From Bacteroidales bacterium UBA1402 (lineage in GTDB: Bacteria > Bacteroidota > Bacteroidia > Bacteroidales > UBA1402): a stretch of 64,000 nucleotides of DNA. Each line of letters starts with the position of its first letter. Positions within the stretch are counted from its first letter, which is position 1. This document shows positions 1 to 9,559 of this stretch, piece after piece. The position numbers were made by a program, and so were the translations under genes. Where the stretch lies: positions 5,826 to 69,825 of the forward strand of contig DBQE01000003.1 of NCBI GenBank assembly GCA_002305085.1. Direction: 5' to 3'. Below the pieces are notes generated by a model. The model ran no database searches and was not told the origin of the DNA. It saw nothing but the letters and a program-made list of their open reading frames with translations.

Positions 1-792
1 GGGCAGATGCAGAGCACCACCACATTTAGATGCCGTGTACATCAGGCGAGGAGATACCTTCCAGATGCGGGCTTTTTTACCCAAAACTTCACATATTAAT
101 TCAATAAGCTCGTTTGTTGATAAGGCTTCGTCGTCACCCATATTGTAAATACCCGATGGAATATGCTGCGTCAGCATTTTCTCCACCACCATCGTTAAAT
201 TATCAATGGATGTAAAAGAACGGCGATTCTCGTAAGCTCCCAAAGGCCAAGGCAGACCTTTGCGCACTACGGAATAGAGCAAATTCAAATTGCCTTTGTT
301 TCCCGGACCATGAATCATACAGGGTCGCAGAATAATTATCTTTTTGTCTGCAGGCACTTTTTCCAAAATCAAGTTTTCAGCCGCAATCTTAGATTCCCCG
401 TAAGGCCCTACAGGTTCAGGAATCACCTCTTCGGTCAACAACGCTCCTTCTACTTTGTCGGCTGCCGCCTTTACAGAACTAAAAAAAATAAATGTTTTGG
501 CCGAAGATTGCAGGAAATAGTTATAAATAGTACGAGTCAACTCCGTATTAATTTCAAAATAAGAAGAAGCTTCGGCTTGGTTCTTGGTATCATGGGCTTT
601 ACCCGCAAGATGGATTATGGCATCAATTGGAATATCTGAAAGTTTATACAGCTCATTCCATGAAAAAGTATTGATTACTCCCGATTTCTCAGGACTAACG
701 ATATCCAAACCATACAAATTGTGATTTGCTCTGAGTGCAATTGTAATGTTGGAGCCTACAAAGCCGTGGATACCGGTAATTAAAATGTTCAT
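1..792 (-). CDS. NAD-dependent sugar epimerase/dehydratase (extended SDR); C-terminus lies beyond the left window edge
   Basis: Not in the ORF track because it is open at the window edge. The reverse complement of 792..1 is stop-free in frame: MNILITGIHGFVGSNITIALRANHNLYGLD...AIIHLAGKAHD...PEPVGPYGESKIAAENLILE. It has a GxxGxxG Rossmann start and a YxxxK catalytic motif. Confidence 0.8.
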   Translation of the reverse strand, partial: MNILITGIHGFVGSNITIALRANHNLYGLDIVSPEKSGVINTFSWNELYKLSDIPIDAIIHLAGKAHDTKNQAEASSYFEINTELTRTIYNYFLQSSAKTFIFFSSVKAAADKVEGALLTEEVIPEPVGPYGESKIAAENLILEKVPADKKIIILRPCMIHGPGNKGNLNLLYSVVRKGLPWPLGAYENRRSFTSIDNLTMVVEKMLTQHIPSGIYNMGDDEALSTNELIELICEVLGKKARIWKVSPRLMYTASKCGGALHLP

Positions 793-814
793 TTTTTTTT
801 ATTTCAATGCCGGA

Positions 815-1657
815 TTAGACCTTAACCACACGTTTCGTACCCCAATCCATCATACTATCCGCTTGTTGTATATTCAAAAAATCAAAATCGTTCAAATACT
901 TTTGAAATTTCGAAAAGGCCCTTTTGAGTCCCACATACGATTTAAACTTTCTCATCAGGGGTAAACTTTCTATCATGGGCTGATCGGGATCAAAATCGCG
1001 GGTATGAAAATAGGTCATTAAATAGGGAGACTGCCGACTCCATTTTTTTATAAGTACGTAAGGAAATAAACGAAAAAAGCCACCGCCAGAAAAAACCAGG
1101 TCTTTACCCATAAAATTTATCATATTAATGGGGAATTCTTTCAGTACAGCCCCATTTCCCAATTGCAAAAGCACGGGCTCAGCTCTCCCAAACGAGGGGA
1201 AACCTCCATAATCGTGATCGGATGGAAAAATGGAGCAATCGTATTTAAAGCCCAATTCACTCAACACCTCAAAAGCCCAAGTGTTTTTTTCGGTAATCGA
1301 AAAACCAGGAGCCCGGTAGGCATCAACCTCCCGTCCTACCAAATCTTCCAATAACTTTTTTGATTTTTCAGTGTCTGACTTAAAACCTCTGGCATCGAAA
1401 CGAAATGCCAATTCGTGCTGATAAGAATGACAACCAATATGATGACCAAAGCTATCGATCTTTTTAATGACGTCCGGATGCTTCTCTGCTATCCAGCCCA
1501 AACAAAAAAAAGTACCTTTTACTTTTCTTTTGTCCAATTCTTCCAAAATGCGATCTATGCCTTTATAGATACGCACCTCGTATTTATCCCAGTCAAAATC
1601 ACCGGAAATGAAATCGCAATTGTACCAGTCTTCTATGTCGAAGGTAAGGATGTTCAT
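815..1657 (-). CDS. polysaccharide deacetylase family protein (CE4-like)
   Basis: ORF 815..1768 trimmed to the ATG at 1657, giving MNILTFDIEDWYN, the usual N-terminus of this family. HIGCHSYQHE supplies the His pair. The 37 upstream codons look non-coding. Confidence 0.75.
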   Translation of the reverse strand: MNILTFDIEDWYNCDFISGDFDWDKYEVRIYKGIDRILEELDKRKVKGTFFCLGWIAEKHPDVIKKIDSFGHHIGCHSYQHELAFRFDARGFKSDTEKSKKLLEDLVGREVDAYRAPGFSITEKNTWAFEVLSELGFKYDCSIFPSDHDYGGFPSFGRAEPVLLQLGNGAVLKEFPINMINFMGKDLVFSGGGFFRLFPYVLIKKWSRQSPYLMTYFHTRDFDPDQPMIESLPLMRKFKSYVGLKRAFSKFQKYLNDFDFLNIQQADSMMDWGTKRVVKV

Positions 1658-1819
1658 ACTACAATCCGTTTGGGAATTTCTTTTATTACTTTCTGTAGCT
1701 AAAACACTGTATCCATATTCATTGGTACGAACCAATACTTGAGGGGACATCGCGAATAAGTGTGCCAACCCCCTATAAGTTGGACAGACCCTAATTTACA
1801 ATATGGCCAACTCTCAACA

Positions 1820-2782
1820 TCACAACAAATCATAATTGGAAAGATTCACGTCCCAATTATTAATATCATATATTGAGTCATCAAAATAGTCCTTCACAAG
1901 TGGTTTGCAAGTAAAGTTAAAATGTTTCGGCTCAAACTTATGTGGCATAGTAATAAGGCTCATAGGAGTAAACGGCAAATGGCCAACATAAATAATCATA
2001 TCAATGCCCTTATGCTCTTTCTTGTAAATTACCCTGACTATTTTGTCAAAACCATTCTTACTAATGGGCCATACATCTAAGATAAATAGTGTCTTAACTC
2101 CTTCTTGAATCTGCGTTTTGTAGTATGCTTTTATTCCATCAAGCTCTATCTTGCAATAATCTACACCACCAAACCATTTATACCGTGTATCATCAAAACA
2201 AGAACGATCCTTCCCATATTTGTAAGAAAAAACTCTTTTAGAACGTGAGAATGAGGACAATCCAATAATACAAGCGGAAAGCAGTCGTGACAAAGGATTA
2301 AGCATTTTTATGTTTGGCTTAACACCACTTATTTTGATCGGAAGAAAGTAAGTATTCAATTTACCAATATCTTTATACTTGAAACCTTTTTTTAATATTG
2401 GGTACGAATTGTCGTTAGGAAAACCAATCCTCAGGACACAACCGTCTGTAGCCATAGCTTCTTCACATGCTTTGAACATATCTCGCACATTGAAGAAATC
2501 TCTATGTTTTGGATGTGTCATAGAATCTAAGCCAAGACCAACAAGAAAATGCTCTTCATCTCGATTATAAATGAAAGGAATTCCTGCATGATGGCCTATC
2601 AACTCGTTCCCTTCGTATAGCAAAACGTGATAGGAATAGCCTAAGAAAGTATTCAAAAACATATCAAAAAAGAGTTGAGCATTTCGATTACGCTTAAAAA
2701 CATAATTGAAAAGATTGTTTATTTTTTCAACTTCTGCTCTTGATAATTCTGTCGTTTTCTTTACTGTTAACATAATAATCAC
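1820..2782 (-). CDS. acyltransferase-like protein (possible large GNAT/FemAB-type), last gene of ACP cassette A
   Basis: 320-aa ORF whose start overlaps the SDR stop by 4 nt. I cannot name a motif with certainty. The family guess rests on recollection of similar ~320-aa proteins in glycan loci (GHHAGIPF, RIGFPNDNSYPILKKGF). Confidence 0.4.
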   Translation of the reverse strand: MIIMLTVKKTTELSRAEVEKINNLFNYVFKRNRNAQLFFDMFLNTFLGYSYHVLLYEGNELIGHHAGIPFIYNRDEEHFLVGLGLDSMTHPKHRDFFNVRDMFKACEEAMATDGCVLRIGFPNDNSYPILKKGFKYKDIGKLNTYFLPIKISGVKPNIKMLNPLSRLLSACIIGLSSFSRSKRVFSYKYGKDRSCFDDTRYKWFGGVDYCKIELDGIKAYYKTQIQEGVKTLFILDVWPISKNGFDKIVRVIYKKEHKGIDMIIYVGHLPFTPMSLITMPHKFEPKHFNFTCKPLVKDYFDDSIYDINNWDVNLSNYDLL

Positions 2783-3543
2783 CTTACACTAAATCCTCCG
2801 TCAACGAATAAATTGGTACCAGTTACCCATTTCGATGCATCGCTCAAAAGGTAAATACATGCATTTGCAATATCTTCCGTTTCTCCAAGACCCAACAGAT
2901 GCTGTGCCTCAAGAGCAGCTCTCTTTTCAGGATCTTTCATGTGAGGAAGATTCATGTTTATTGGTGTACAAATTGCTCCCGGCGAAATAGAATTGACACG
3001 AACATTCTTTCTTGCCAATTCACAAGCTAGATGCTTTGCAAGATTCAGTAACGCTGCCTTGGTCATACCATAAGTAGACTTTCCTACCTCACCGAAACTA
3101 CCTGCTACAGACGAGAAGAACACAATACTTCCACCTTCCTTAGACAAATTACTCATCTTACAGCATTCCTGAGCAAGGAAATATCCCGTATAAACATTCA
3201 TATGGAAGAACTTGTCAAGTTCTTCAGGCTTAGTCAGCTTGAATAAATTTGTTGTAGAAATACCGGCACAATTTAGCAGGCCATTGATGCGACCGACCTT
3301 GGCAACGGCTTCTTTAACTACCTCTGAGACCTTGTCATAATCAAGCAAATTAACTGTTGCCGAATAATGTTCTTCCGGTCTTTCCACCAGAGTCATGGTT
3401 TCCTTCAGACCATCCTCATTCAGGTCAAGAAGAATTAGCTTTGCTCCCATCTTGGAGCAATTTATTGCACATTGGCGCGCAATACCTGAAGCGGCTCCGG
3501 ATATCACCACCACTTTTCCTTCAAGCGAAAATGGATTGAACAT
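2779..3543 (-). CDS. SDR family oxidoreductase, FabG-like 3-oxoacyl-ACP reductase (cassette A)
   Basis: 254 aa with glycine-rich ISGAASGIARQ, catalytic YGMTKAA (YxxxK) and NSISPG. Its start shares nt 3543 with the KASIII stop. Confidence 0.85.
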   Translation of the reverse strand: MFNPFSLEGKVVVISGAASGIARQCAINCSKMGAKLILLDLNEDGLKETMTLVERPEEHYSATVNLLDYDKVSEVVKEAVAKVGRINGLLNCAGISTTNLFKLTKPEELDKFFHMNVYTGYFLAQECCKMSNLSKEGGSIVFFSSVAGSFGEVGKSTYGMTKAALLNLAKHLACELARKNVRVNSISPGAICTPINMNLPHMKDPEKRAALEAQHLLGLGETEDIANACIYLLSDASKWVTGTNLFVDGGFSVR

Positions 3544-4697
3544 TATTCGTCTTTTTTTTGTTTGTTTTTACTTTCTTCAATTTCTCTTTCGATAGGAGTG
3601 TAATCTCGACGCAGTTGTTCATCAACCGGTTGTCCTTCACTTACCTCAACAATGTCACTAATCTTGGTGTCTACAAAAGGAGCAACGGCCGAAGCCCAAG
3701 TCATTCCCACACCAAACGCGTTCAACATGAGAGTTTTTTGACCATTTAGCTTGCCTTTCAATTCACTTACTATTGTCAACGGAACACTCACTGATGAGGT
3801 GTTTCCGAACTTTTCAATTGTTTGAGGAATTTTATCAGTATCAAGCTTCATTTTCTTTGCAATGTGGCTATTTATAAAATTGTTTGCCTGATGGAAAATA
3901 ATGTAATCAAGATCTTCAACAGCTTTGCCACTTTCAGCAAGTGTTTTTTTAAGATCGCGGGGGATTTCACGAATAACAAAATTAAAAACATCACCACCTC
4001 TCATATACCCCTGCTCATCACTACGCATATTGCCAAACTCATCAACAACCTTCTCTGTAAGAGTCTCAGGTGTACTCATATGACGATAACCACCAGCCTT
4101 AATCATAATGAGGTCAGCACGTGAGCCATCTGAATTTAGTGATATTATTGTTTCGCCAAACTTCTCGCTCCTTTCCACAAGTGCAGCCGCACCACCATCA
4201 CCAAAGATAAAAGCACTGCGGCGATCTCTTGACCCATAAACCTTGCTACGAGTTTCGCCATCAAGAATCAAGGCTTTACGCAATCCTTGATTCTGCATCA
4301 TGCTATAGACAACGGCCATTCCATAGATGAATGCTGAGCAACCAAGGTTAATATCAAATGCTATACATGAGTTAGGTAAACCAAGTCTATGCTGCAATGT
4401 AATTGAAGTTGCCGGCATACGGTAGTCCGGAGTCTGGCTTATAAATACCAGCAAGTCTATCTCTTCACGATTAATAACATTATCAAGAAACAGTTTTTGG
4501 GCAGCCGCGAAACAGAGATCTGAAGAGCAGGTCTTTACGTCCGCAAAACGGCGCTCATAAACACCAACCTTCTCAACCACTTCGTTCACCTGATCTTGAG
4601 GGAAGAACTCAGTGTACTTAAGGTTCTCAATGATACGAGAAGGCACAGCAGCAGCCATTGCACTGATGCCGATGCCCTTAAATTTCATTATTGCCAT
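3543..4697 (-). CDS. 3-oxoacyl-ACP synthase III (FabH-like) family protein (cassette A)
   Basis: 384 aa. Cys-His-Asn triad contexts are AFDINLGCSAF, FHQANNFI and GNTSSVSVP. It carries an extra charged C-terminal tail (...EREIEESKNKQKKDE). Confidence 0.85.
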   Translation of the reverse strand: MAIMKFKGIGISAMAAAVPSRIIENLKYTEFFPQDQVNEVVEKVGVYERRFADVKTCSSDLCFAAAQKLFLDNVINREEIDLLVFISQTPDYRMPATSITLQHRLGLPNSCIAFDINLGCSAFIYGMAVVYSMMQNQGLRKALILDGETRSKVYGSRDRRSAFIFGDGGAAALVERSEKFGETIISLNSDGSRADLIMIKAGGYRHMSTPETLTEKVVDEFGNMRSDEQGYMRGGDVFNFVIREIPRDLKKTLAESGKAVEDLDYIIFHQANNFINSHIAKKMKLDTDKIPQTIEKFGNTSSVSVPLTIVSELKGKLNGQKTLMLNAFGVGMTWASAVAPFVDTKISDIVEVSEGQPVDEQLRRDYTPIEREIEESKNKQKKDE

Positions 4698-4700
4698 AGC

Positions 4701-4916
4701 TTACTTCTTCGTACAGGCGTCGTAGAGGTCTTGAACTGTCTTAAGTTTCCTAAAATCAGCTTCCTCGATTTGAGTATCATACTCGTCATCAATAAAAGCA
4801 ATTATACTCAAATATGCTATTGAACTCCACTCGTCGTACTCACGGAAGTTATCTTCCATTTTGATCTCGTCTTCTCGCTCAAGAGCTTCCTTAAGCAAAT
4901 CAATAAATTTCTCCAT
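4701..4916 (-). CDS. acyl carrier protein (cassette A)
   Basis: 71-aa acidic protein with DEWSSIAYLSII in the position of the phosphopantetheine Ser motif. It lies 3 nt upstream of the KASIII gene. Confidence 0.7.
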   Translation of the reverse strand: MEKFIDLLKEALEREDEIKMEDNFREYDEWSSIAYLSIIAFIDDEYDTQIEEADFRKLKTVQDLYDACTKK

Positions 4917-4924
4917 AAATGCTG

Positions 4925-5806
4925 TTATTTTAAATTAATCAAATCTTTAGAACCTTGTATGTGGGCTTTTGATGATGCACCAAACACAACAGACTGCAAA
5001 TTTAAGCTATTAATATATTCGAATGATTCTATCGGTGTAATAGACCCAGATACAAGGACATTCATAGCCATAAGCTGACATTTATTTGGATTATTCTCAG
5101 CTATCACTCTCTCATACTCTTCCTTTGAAGGATTCATATTGAAACCAGCTTTGTTGATTGAACTACAGATAACCACTTCTTCAATCTTCCACTCATCAAG
5201 CTTTGACTTAAGATAAGGCATATTAAGAGTGATGAAACCAGGAGTTACATTGTATTTCTTGCGAATATAGTCACAATAGCACTGAAAAACCTCCTTCACG
5301 TCATATCCAAGAATCAAATCAGTTATTACGTTCTGAAGGAAAATCACCTTAACATTCAAACCCTTAAACATCTTAACTTCAATGTCTATCAACATCTCCA
5401 ACAGCTTCATCAAATCCTTACCAAGGACTACTGATGTGCCTTTTCCTATCATTCCAAAAACACCACTTGTTGTGTTATTCTTGAACAATATTTCATTCAT
5501 AGCAGAGAAGATACCCTGCTCAGCAACCATATTGGCATACTTATGAGGATAAGGTATTGAAGGGTACCATGAAAGATGACCATACTTGTCGCTTTTCTTG
5601 CGAAAATAATCACATATCTCGGCTGCAATGTCATTGCTATTGAGCATTACAGAATCTATTCCACATTCAAAAGCATTATCGTAAACCTCAATAATATTGC
5701 GGATATCACTGAATTTCTTTGCCAATTCCTCAGCCTTATCCTGTGAACGGTGGTTGATACCAAAAAACTGGTTGTCACCAAATACAATTTTATCTATCTT
5801 CTCCAT
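4925..5806 (-). CDS. hypothetical protein (294 aa), no recognisable motif
   Basis: ORF 4925..5875 trimmed to the ATG at 5806 (MEKIDKIVFGDNQFFGINHRS), which lies 4 nt downstream of the preceding stop at 5811. The longer ORF would overlap the oxidoreductase gene by 65 nt. Confidence 0.55.
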   Translation of the reverse strand: MEKIDKIVFGDNQFFGINHRSQDKAEELAKKFSDIRNIIEVYDNAFECGIDSVMLNSNDIAAEICDYFRKKSDKYGHLSWYPSIPYPHKYANMVAEQGIFSAMNEILFKNNTTSGVFGMIGKGTSVVLGKDLMKLLEMLIDIEVKMFKGLNVKVIFLQNVITDLILGYDVKEVFQCYCDYIRKKYNVTPGFITLNMPYLKSKLDEWKIEEVVICSSINKAGFNMNPSKEEYERVIAENNPNKCQLMAMNVLVSGSITPIESFEYINSLNLQSVVFGASSKAHIQGSKDLINLK

Positions 5807-5810
5807 ACCG

Positions 5811-6839
5811 TTACAGATTTTGAGAGTTATTGAACACGCTATGAATGATCTCTTGCGTTGTTGAGGCATCTGCAAACGTGCAAATCACAGATTTTGTCCT
5901 ATCAAGAATAGCATCAGCAAAATCATACAGCTGATGCGTATAACCATTACCCCTGACATAGAAAGGAACGGAATCCGGCATGGTGTTTTTGGCTAAGGTA
6001 TTCCAGCCTTCAATCAGATTAAATTCAGGATGTGCCTCGTCTACGTATACTTTCATACCATAAAAATCAGCCATGATTTTCCCCTTTGATCCAAAAAACT
6101 CAATTTTCATCATTGGCTTCCTATATGTAACATCACTCCAGTCAACAAATACAGATGCTGTAACATCGTTGGCATAAGCAAGATTTGTTGCAAACATATC
6201 CTCAACATCTTCAGAGAAGATGCTGTTCATCATTGAGCCATACACTTTAATAGGCTCTCCAAGGATATAATTAAGAATATCCAAAATATGAGCACCCATT
6301 TCATATGTAGCACCACCGCCATTTTCTCTCTTTGAACGCCATCCTTTTGATTTTTGAGACTTTATAATGGTACAACTATAAAATTCCGCTTTTACGTGAA
6401 CTAATTTTCCAATTATATCAGCAGAAATTAATTTCTTCACATTATTGAAAACAGGATTGTAACGGTTGACATAACCCACCTGATTAACTAGACCTTGGGC
6501 CTCAAATGCTTCTGAGAGTTCTTTTGCTTGAGCTGGGCTTGTAGTAAATGGTTTCTCACAGAATACAGAAATTCCATTTTCACAAGCAATTTTACAAATC
6601 TCATAATGCGAAAATGAAGGTGTACAGACAATCACCCCATCAATATCCCTTGCATTCAGCAAATCTTTGTAGTCAGTATATGTTTTTAAATTTGGGATAT
6701 ACTTCTTCATCATACCTAGTATGGTACCTGAGGTATCAGACACCGATATAATTTCAACCGCTGGATGCGTGTTGATGATGGGATAATGGGTCAGTCCCAT
6801 ACGTCCCATACCAATAATTCCAATGCGAACCTTTTTCAT
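5811..6839 (-). CDS. Gfo/Idh/MocA family sugar oxidoreductase
   Basis: 342 aa with an N-terminal Rossmann start MKKVRIGIIGMGRMG and a CEKPFT (EKP) motif. Confidence 0.85.
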   Translation of the reverse strand: MKKVRIGIIGMGRMGLTHYPIINTHPAVEIISVSDTSGTILGMMKKYIPNLKTYTDYKDLLNARDIDGVIVCTPSFSHYEICKIACENGISVFCEKPFTTSPAQAKELSEAFEAQGLVNQVGYVNRYNPVFNNVKKLISADIIGKLVHVKAEFYSCTIIKSQKSKGWRSKRENGGGATYEMGAHILDILNYILGEPIKVYGSMMNSIFSEDVEDMFATNLAYANDVTASVFVDWSDVTYRKPMMKIEFFGSKGKIMADFYGMKVYVDEAHPEFNLIEGWNTLAKNTMPDSVPFYVRGNGYTHQLYDFADAILDRTKSVICTFADASTTQEIIHSVFNNSQNL

Positions 6840-6850
6840 ATTATATTAAT

Positions 6851-7618
6851 TTACTCGTAGTATCTTTTTCCGACAAGTCTTTTAAATGGAATTTTAATCA
6901 AATGCCAAAGAAAAGGCGCATTATGACTAAAATAGTCCCATAAGAACTTTCCCAACGGTCTGCCTTTTCTCCCCCAATACAACCCCATTAATCCTAATTT
7001 TCGAATGAGCGGAGGAGCCATTTTATATTCACCAAGGAAGAAACGGAATGCCGCCCCGACACCTATACAGATTTTTCTGTCAAGATACGGTAAAATATTA
7101 ACTGCAAAAAAGTCCTGTTTTGGTGCTCTCATTGCAACCCAAACAATATTTGCTCCACTGTCATTTATCATCTTAGCTATTCCTTCATAGTCATACTCCT
7201 CAAGCCTGCAAAATGGTGGAGAATATGTTCCAACAACCAAAGCATTACACTCTTTTACCTTCTCACAAATATTGAATAAAGTTTCTTCAGTGTCACCCAG
7301 AAGGAAATGCCTTATACCACTTTCGGGATTAGTAATCATATCCTTGAATAAGATTGGCCCCATTGTTCTTTCTACATTCTTCAGTCCCCAAAGTCTTGCA
7401 GCCCAAAGCGTGGGTTGCCCATCAGGAGCATTCATAAACGAGTTATTCATGACTTCGCGATATTTCGCATCAGAAGAAGCCAAATTAACTGTTCTTGGAT
7501 CTGAAACACAAATGTATGTGTTAAGACCATCATCAATTGCTTTTTTTATACGTTTCTGTGTATCTAAAGGAGTAGTTATTGAAATAAATGTTTTACCGAT
7601 TCGGTAGCGATCTGTCAT
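6851..7618 (-). CDS. WecB/TagA/CpsF family (GT26) glycosyltransferase
   Basis: 255 aa with NAPDGQPTLWAARLWG and VGAAFRFFLGE, both typical of WecG/TagA-type enzymes. Confidence 0.8.
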   Translation of the reverse strand: MTDRYRIGKTFISITTPLDTQKRIKKAIDDGLNTYICVSDPRTVNLASSDAKYREVMNNSFMNAPDGQPTLWAARLWGLKNVERTMGPILFKDMITNPESGIRHFLLGDTEETLFNICEKVKECNALVVGTYSPPFCRLEEYDYEGIAKMINDSGANIVWVAMRAPKQDFFAVNILPYLDRKICIGVGAAFRFFLGEYKMAPPLIRKLGLMGLYWGRKGRPLGKFLWDYFSHNAPFLWHLIKIPFKRLVGKRYYE

Positions 7619-7719
7619 ATTATTTGTTTATTGTTTATATATTTGCTTTTATTCATTAGTTGTGTTTGCTGGTGGATTTGCTAACTTAATCGAGACAGGT
7701 TACATTGGTAGTATTATAA

Positions 7720-8748
7720 TCATTTGACGAAAGAACCATACGTCTTTATTACAATCTCATCAATATATGGTGAGTAATAAGACCTAATCTCTTTCATCTG
7801 CTCAATTTGAAGTTCTGAACGTATTAGCGGATCCGACAACAATTCGGCTAAACGTACGTGATATGAATTCTTTTCTTTCAATCTAACCATGCCCTTCCCG
7901 TTCAAAGTGCTTTCCTGTCCGCCACATTCATAATATAGAGCCGGTATTCCATTTGCAACAGCATCACAGGCAGGTATCCCAAAACCCTCGTGCAACGATG
8001 CACTAACATATATCCAAGATTTTTGGATTAATTCAACCATATTATCAGCGGCTATATTATGGAACTGATGTATCGTCAAGTACGGATGTTTCTGTAGTGA
8101 TGCTATCTTTTGTTCATATCTGGCAGCATATTTTGATCCTTTACGAGTATTTCCCACAATATAGAAAGTCATCCTCATTTTAAGTGTCTCTGACGTACGA
8201 GCCACTTTATCAAGTAGCTCTATACAATTTTTATTTTCTATAATTCTTCCGATGTAAATTACAGTAGGTTCATTGTTTTTTCTAAATTTAATTTTACTAA
8301 CTGCCGTAAGCACATTAGGGCATAACCGGCAATCTTTCACACCAAACTTGTACAGTTCTTGCTTATTAAACTTGCTGACAGTAATCCAATGTTTCTTACG
8401 ATACCGCATTACTTGCATATATACTACAACTAACTTCAGGCTCTGAACAAGATTCGTTCTAATGAAGAAGCGAGGTGGTGTAAAGTTGTGATAAACTATG
8501 ACCAGATTTGGATTGTCTCTTACATACTTAATATACCTATCATAACTCCCATACTCCCAAAATATTAGTTCTTTTTTGTTGCTAATATCTTTTAGTTTTT
8601 TGCATATTTCATTTGTGTCTGGATCAAGGAAGCATATATTCACATCAAAATGCTTCAATAAAATTTCAGATACCAATCTCCTTTGGATAAAAATAGAATT
8701 ATATGGATTGGTATAAATAGTCCAGAAATAAACATCTCGCCTCGTCAT
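7720..8748 (-). CDS. glycosyltransferase, GT-B fold (GT4-like)
   Basis: 342 aa with a C-terminal EGFGIPACDAVANGIPALY motif of retaining GT4 enzymes. Confidence 0.7.
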   Translation of the reverse strand: MTRRDVYFWTIYTNPYNSIFIQRRLVSEILLKHFDVNICFLDPDTNEICKKLKDISNKKELIFWEYGSYDRYIKYVRDNPNLVIVYHNFTPPRFFIRTNLVQSLKLVVVYMQVMRYRKKHWITVSKFNKQELYKFGVKDCRLCPNVLTAVSKIKFRKNNEPTVIYIGRIIENKNCIELLDKVARTSETLKMRMTFYIVGNTRKGSKYAARYEQKIASLQKHPYLTIHQFHNIAADNMVELIQKSWIYVSASLHEGFGIPACDAVANGIPALYYECGGQESTLNGKGMVRLKEKNSYHVRLAELLSDPLIRSELQIEQMKEIRSYYSPYIDEIVIKTYGSFVK

Positions 8749-9557
8749 CTTCCTCTAAAAAAATCAATAATCCTAAATCCTTTCATCACAATATAAAAAA
8801 ACAAATAGCTAAATCCTTTCAAGTGTTTTTTCGCATAGATCCAACGACTCTCTTGAACCAGGGAATACTTATATTTTGACAACTTATTTGAGAAACTCGC
8901 TCCATCAAGATGAATAATACCGGATTTATTTAAGATATAATTACTATAGCCTGCCTTGCTCATTCTCTTCTCCCAGTCGTTCTCTTCATAATACATGAAG
9001 AACTTAGGATCAAAGGTTCCCACATTACTTACAACCTCTCTACTTACAAAAAGTGCTGCACCTGACACACATTCTACCTCGAAAAACTTAAGTTCAGTAT
9101 TACGTTGAATTAATATTCGTTGATATAGTTTGTCTTGATACAAGAAAAAAGATCCTGATAGGAAACGACCAAAAGAATGAACGACCCTATGTTGTTTGTC
9201 AAGTAACAAAGTTCCGAGAGCACCTATCTTCAGTTGAGGATTGGATTCTGCAAAATCAAACAAATCTTTAATAATGTTGTTCAGCACAATGGTGTCGGAA
9301 TTTAAAAGAAAAAAATATTTTCCTTTCGCATACCGCATTCCCAAATTGTTTCCTCTGCCAAAGCCCAGATTCTCTTCACTTTGGATAAAAACTATACGAG
9401 TATCCCTCGCAAAATAATCTCTGCTGTCATCAGAAGATGCATTATCAACCAAAATAATCTCAAAGTGAATATCCTTAGTGTTTTCGTACACACTCTCAAT
9501 ACACTGTGCTGTAAGATCTCTCGTATTAAAATTGACAATTATTATCGAAACATCCAT
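8745..9557 (-). CDS. glycosyltransferase family 2
   Basis: 270 aa with MDVSIIIVNFNTRD...EIILVDNASSDDS, an N-terminal GT-A signature. Confidence 0.8.
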   Translation of the reverse strand: MDVSIIIVNFNTRDLTAQCIESVYENTKDIHFEIILVDNASSDDSRDYFARDTRIVFIQSEENLGFGRGNNLGMRYAKGKYFFLLNSDTIVLNNIIKDLFDFAESNPQLKIGALGTLLLDKQHRVVHSFGRFLSGSFFLYQDKLYQRILIQRNTELKFFEVECVSGAALFVSREVVSNVGTFDPKFFMYYEENDWEKRMSKAGYSNYILNKSGIIHLDGASFSNKLSKYKYSLVQESRWIYAKKHLKGFSYLFFYIVMKGFRIIDFFRGR

Positions 9558-9559
9558 CT

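Noticed and set aside
7638-7645. Plus-strand TATATTTG (-7-like box) in the 101-nt gap between the GT4 and GT26 genes, which could drive an antisense RNA
   Set aside because: No TTTG -33 element sits at the correct spacing, and AT-rich intergenic DNA matches this short motif by chance.
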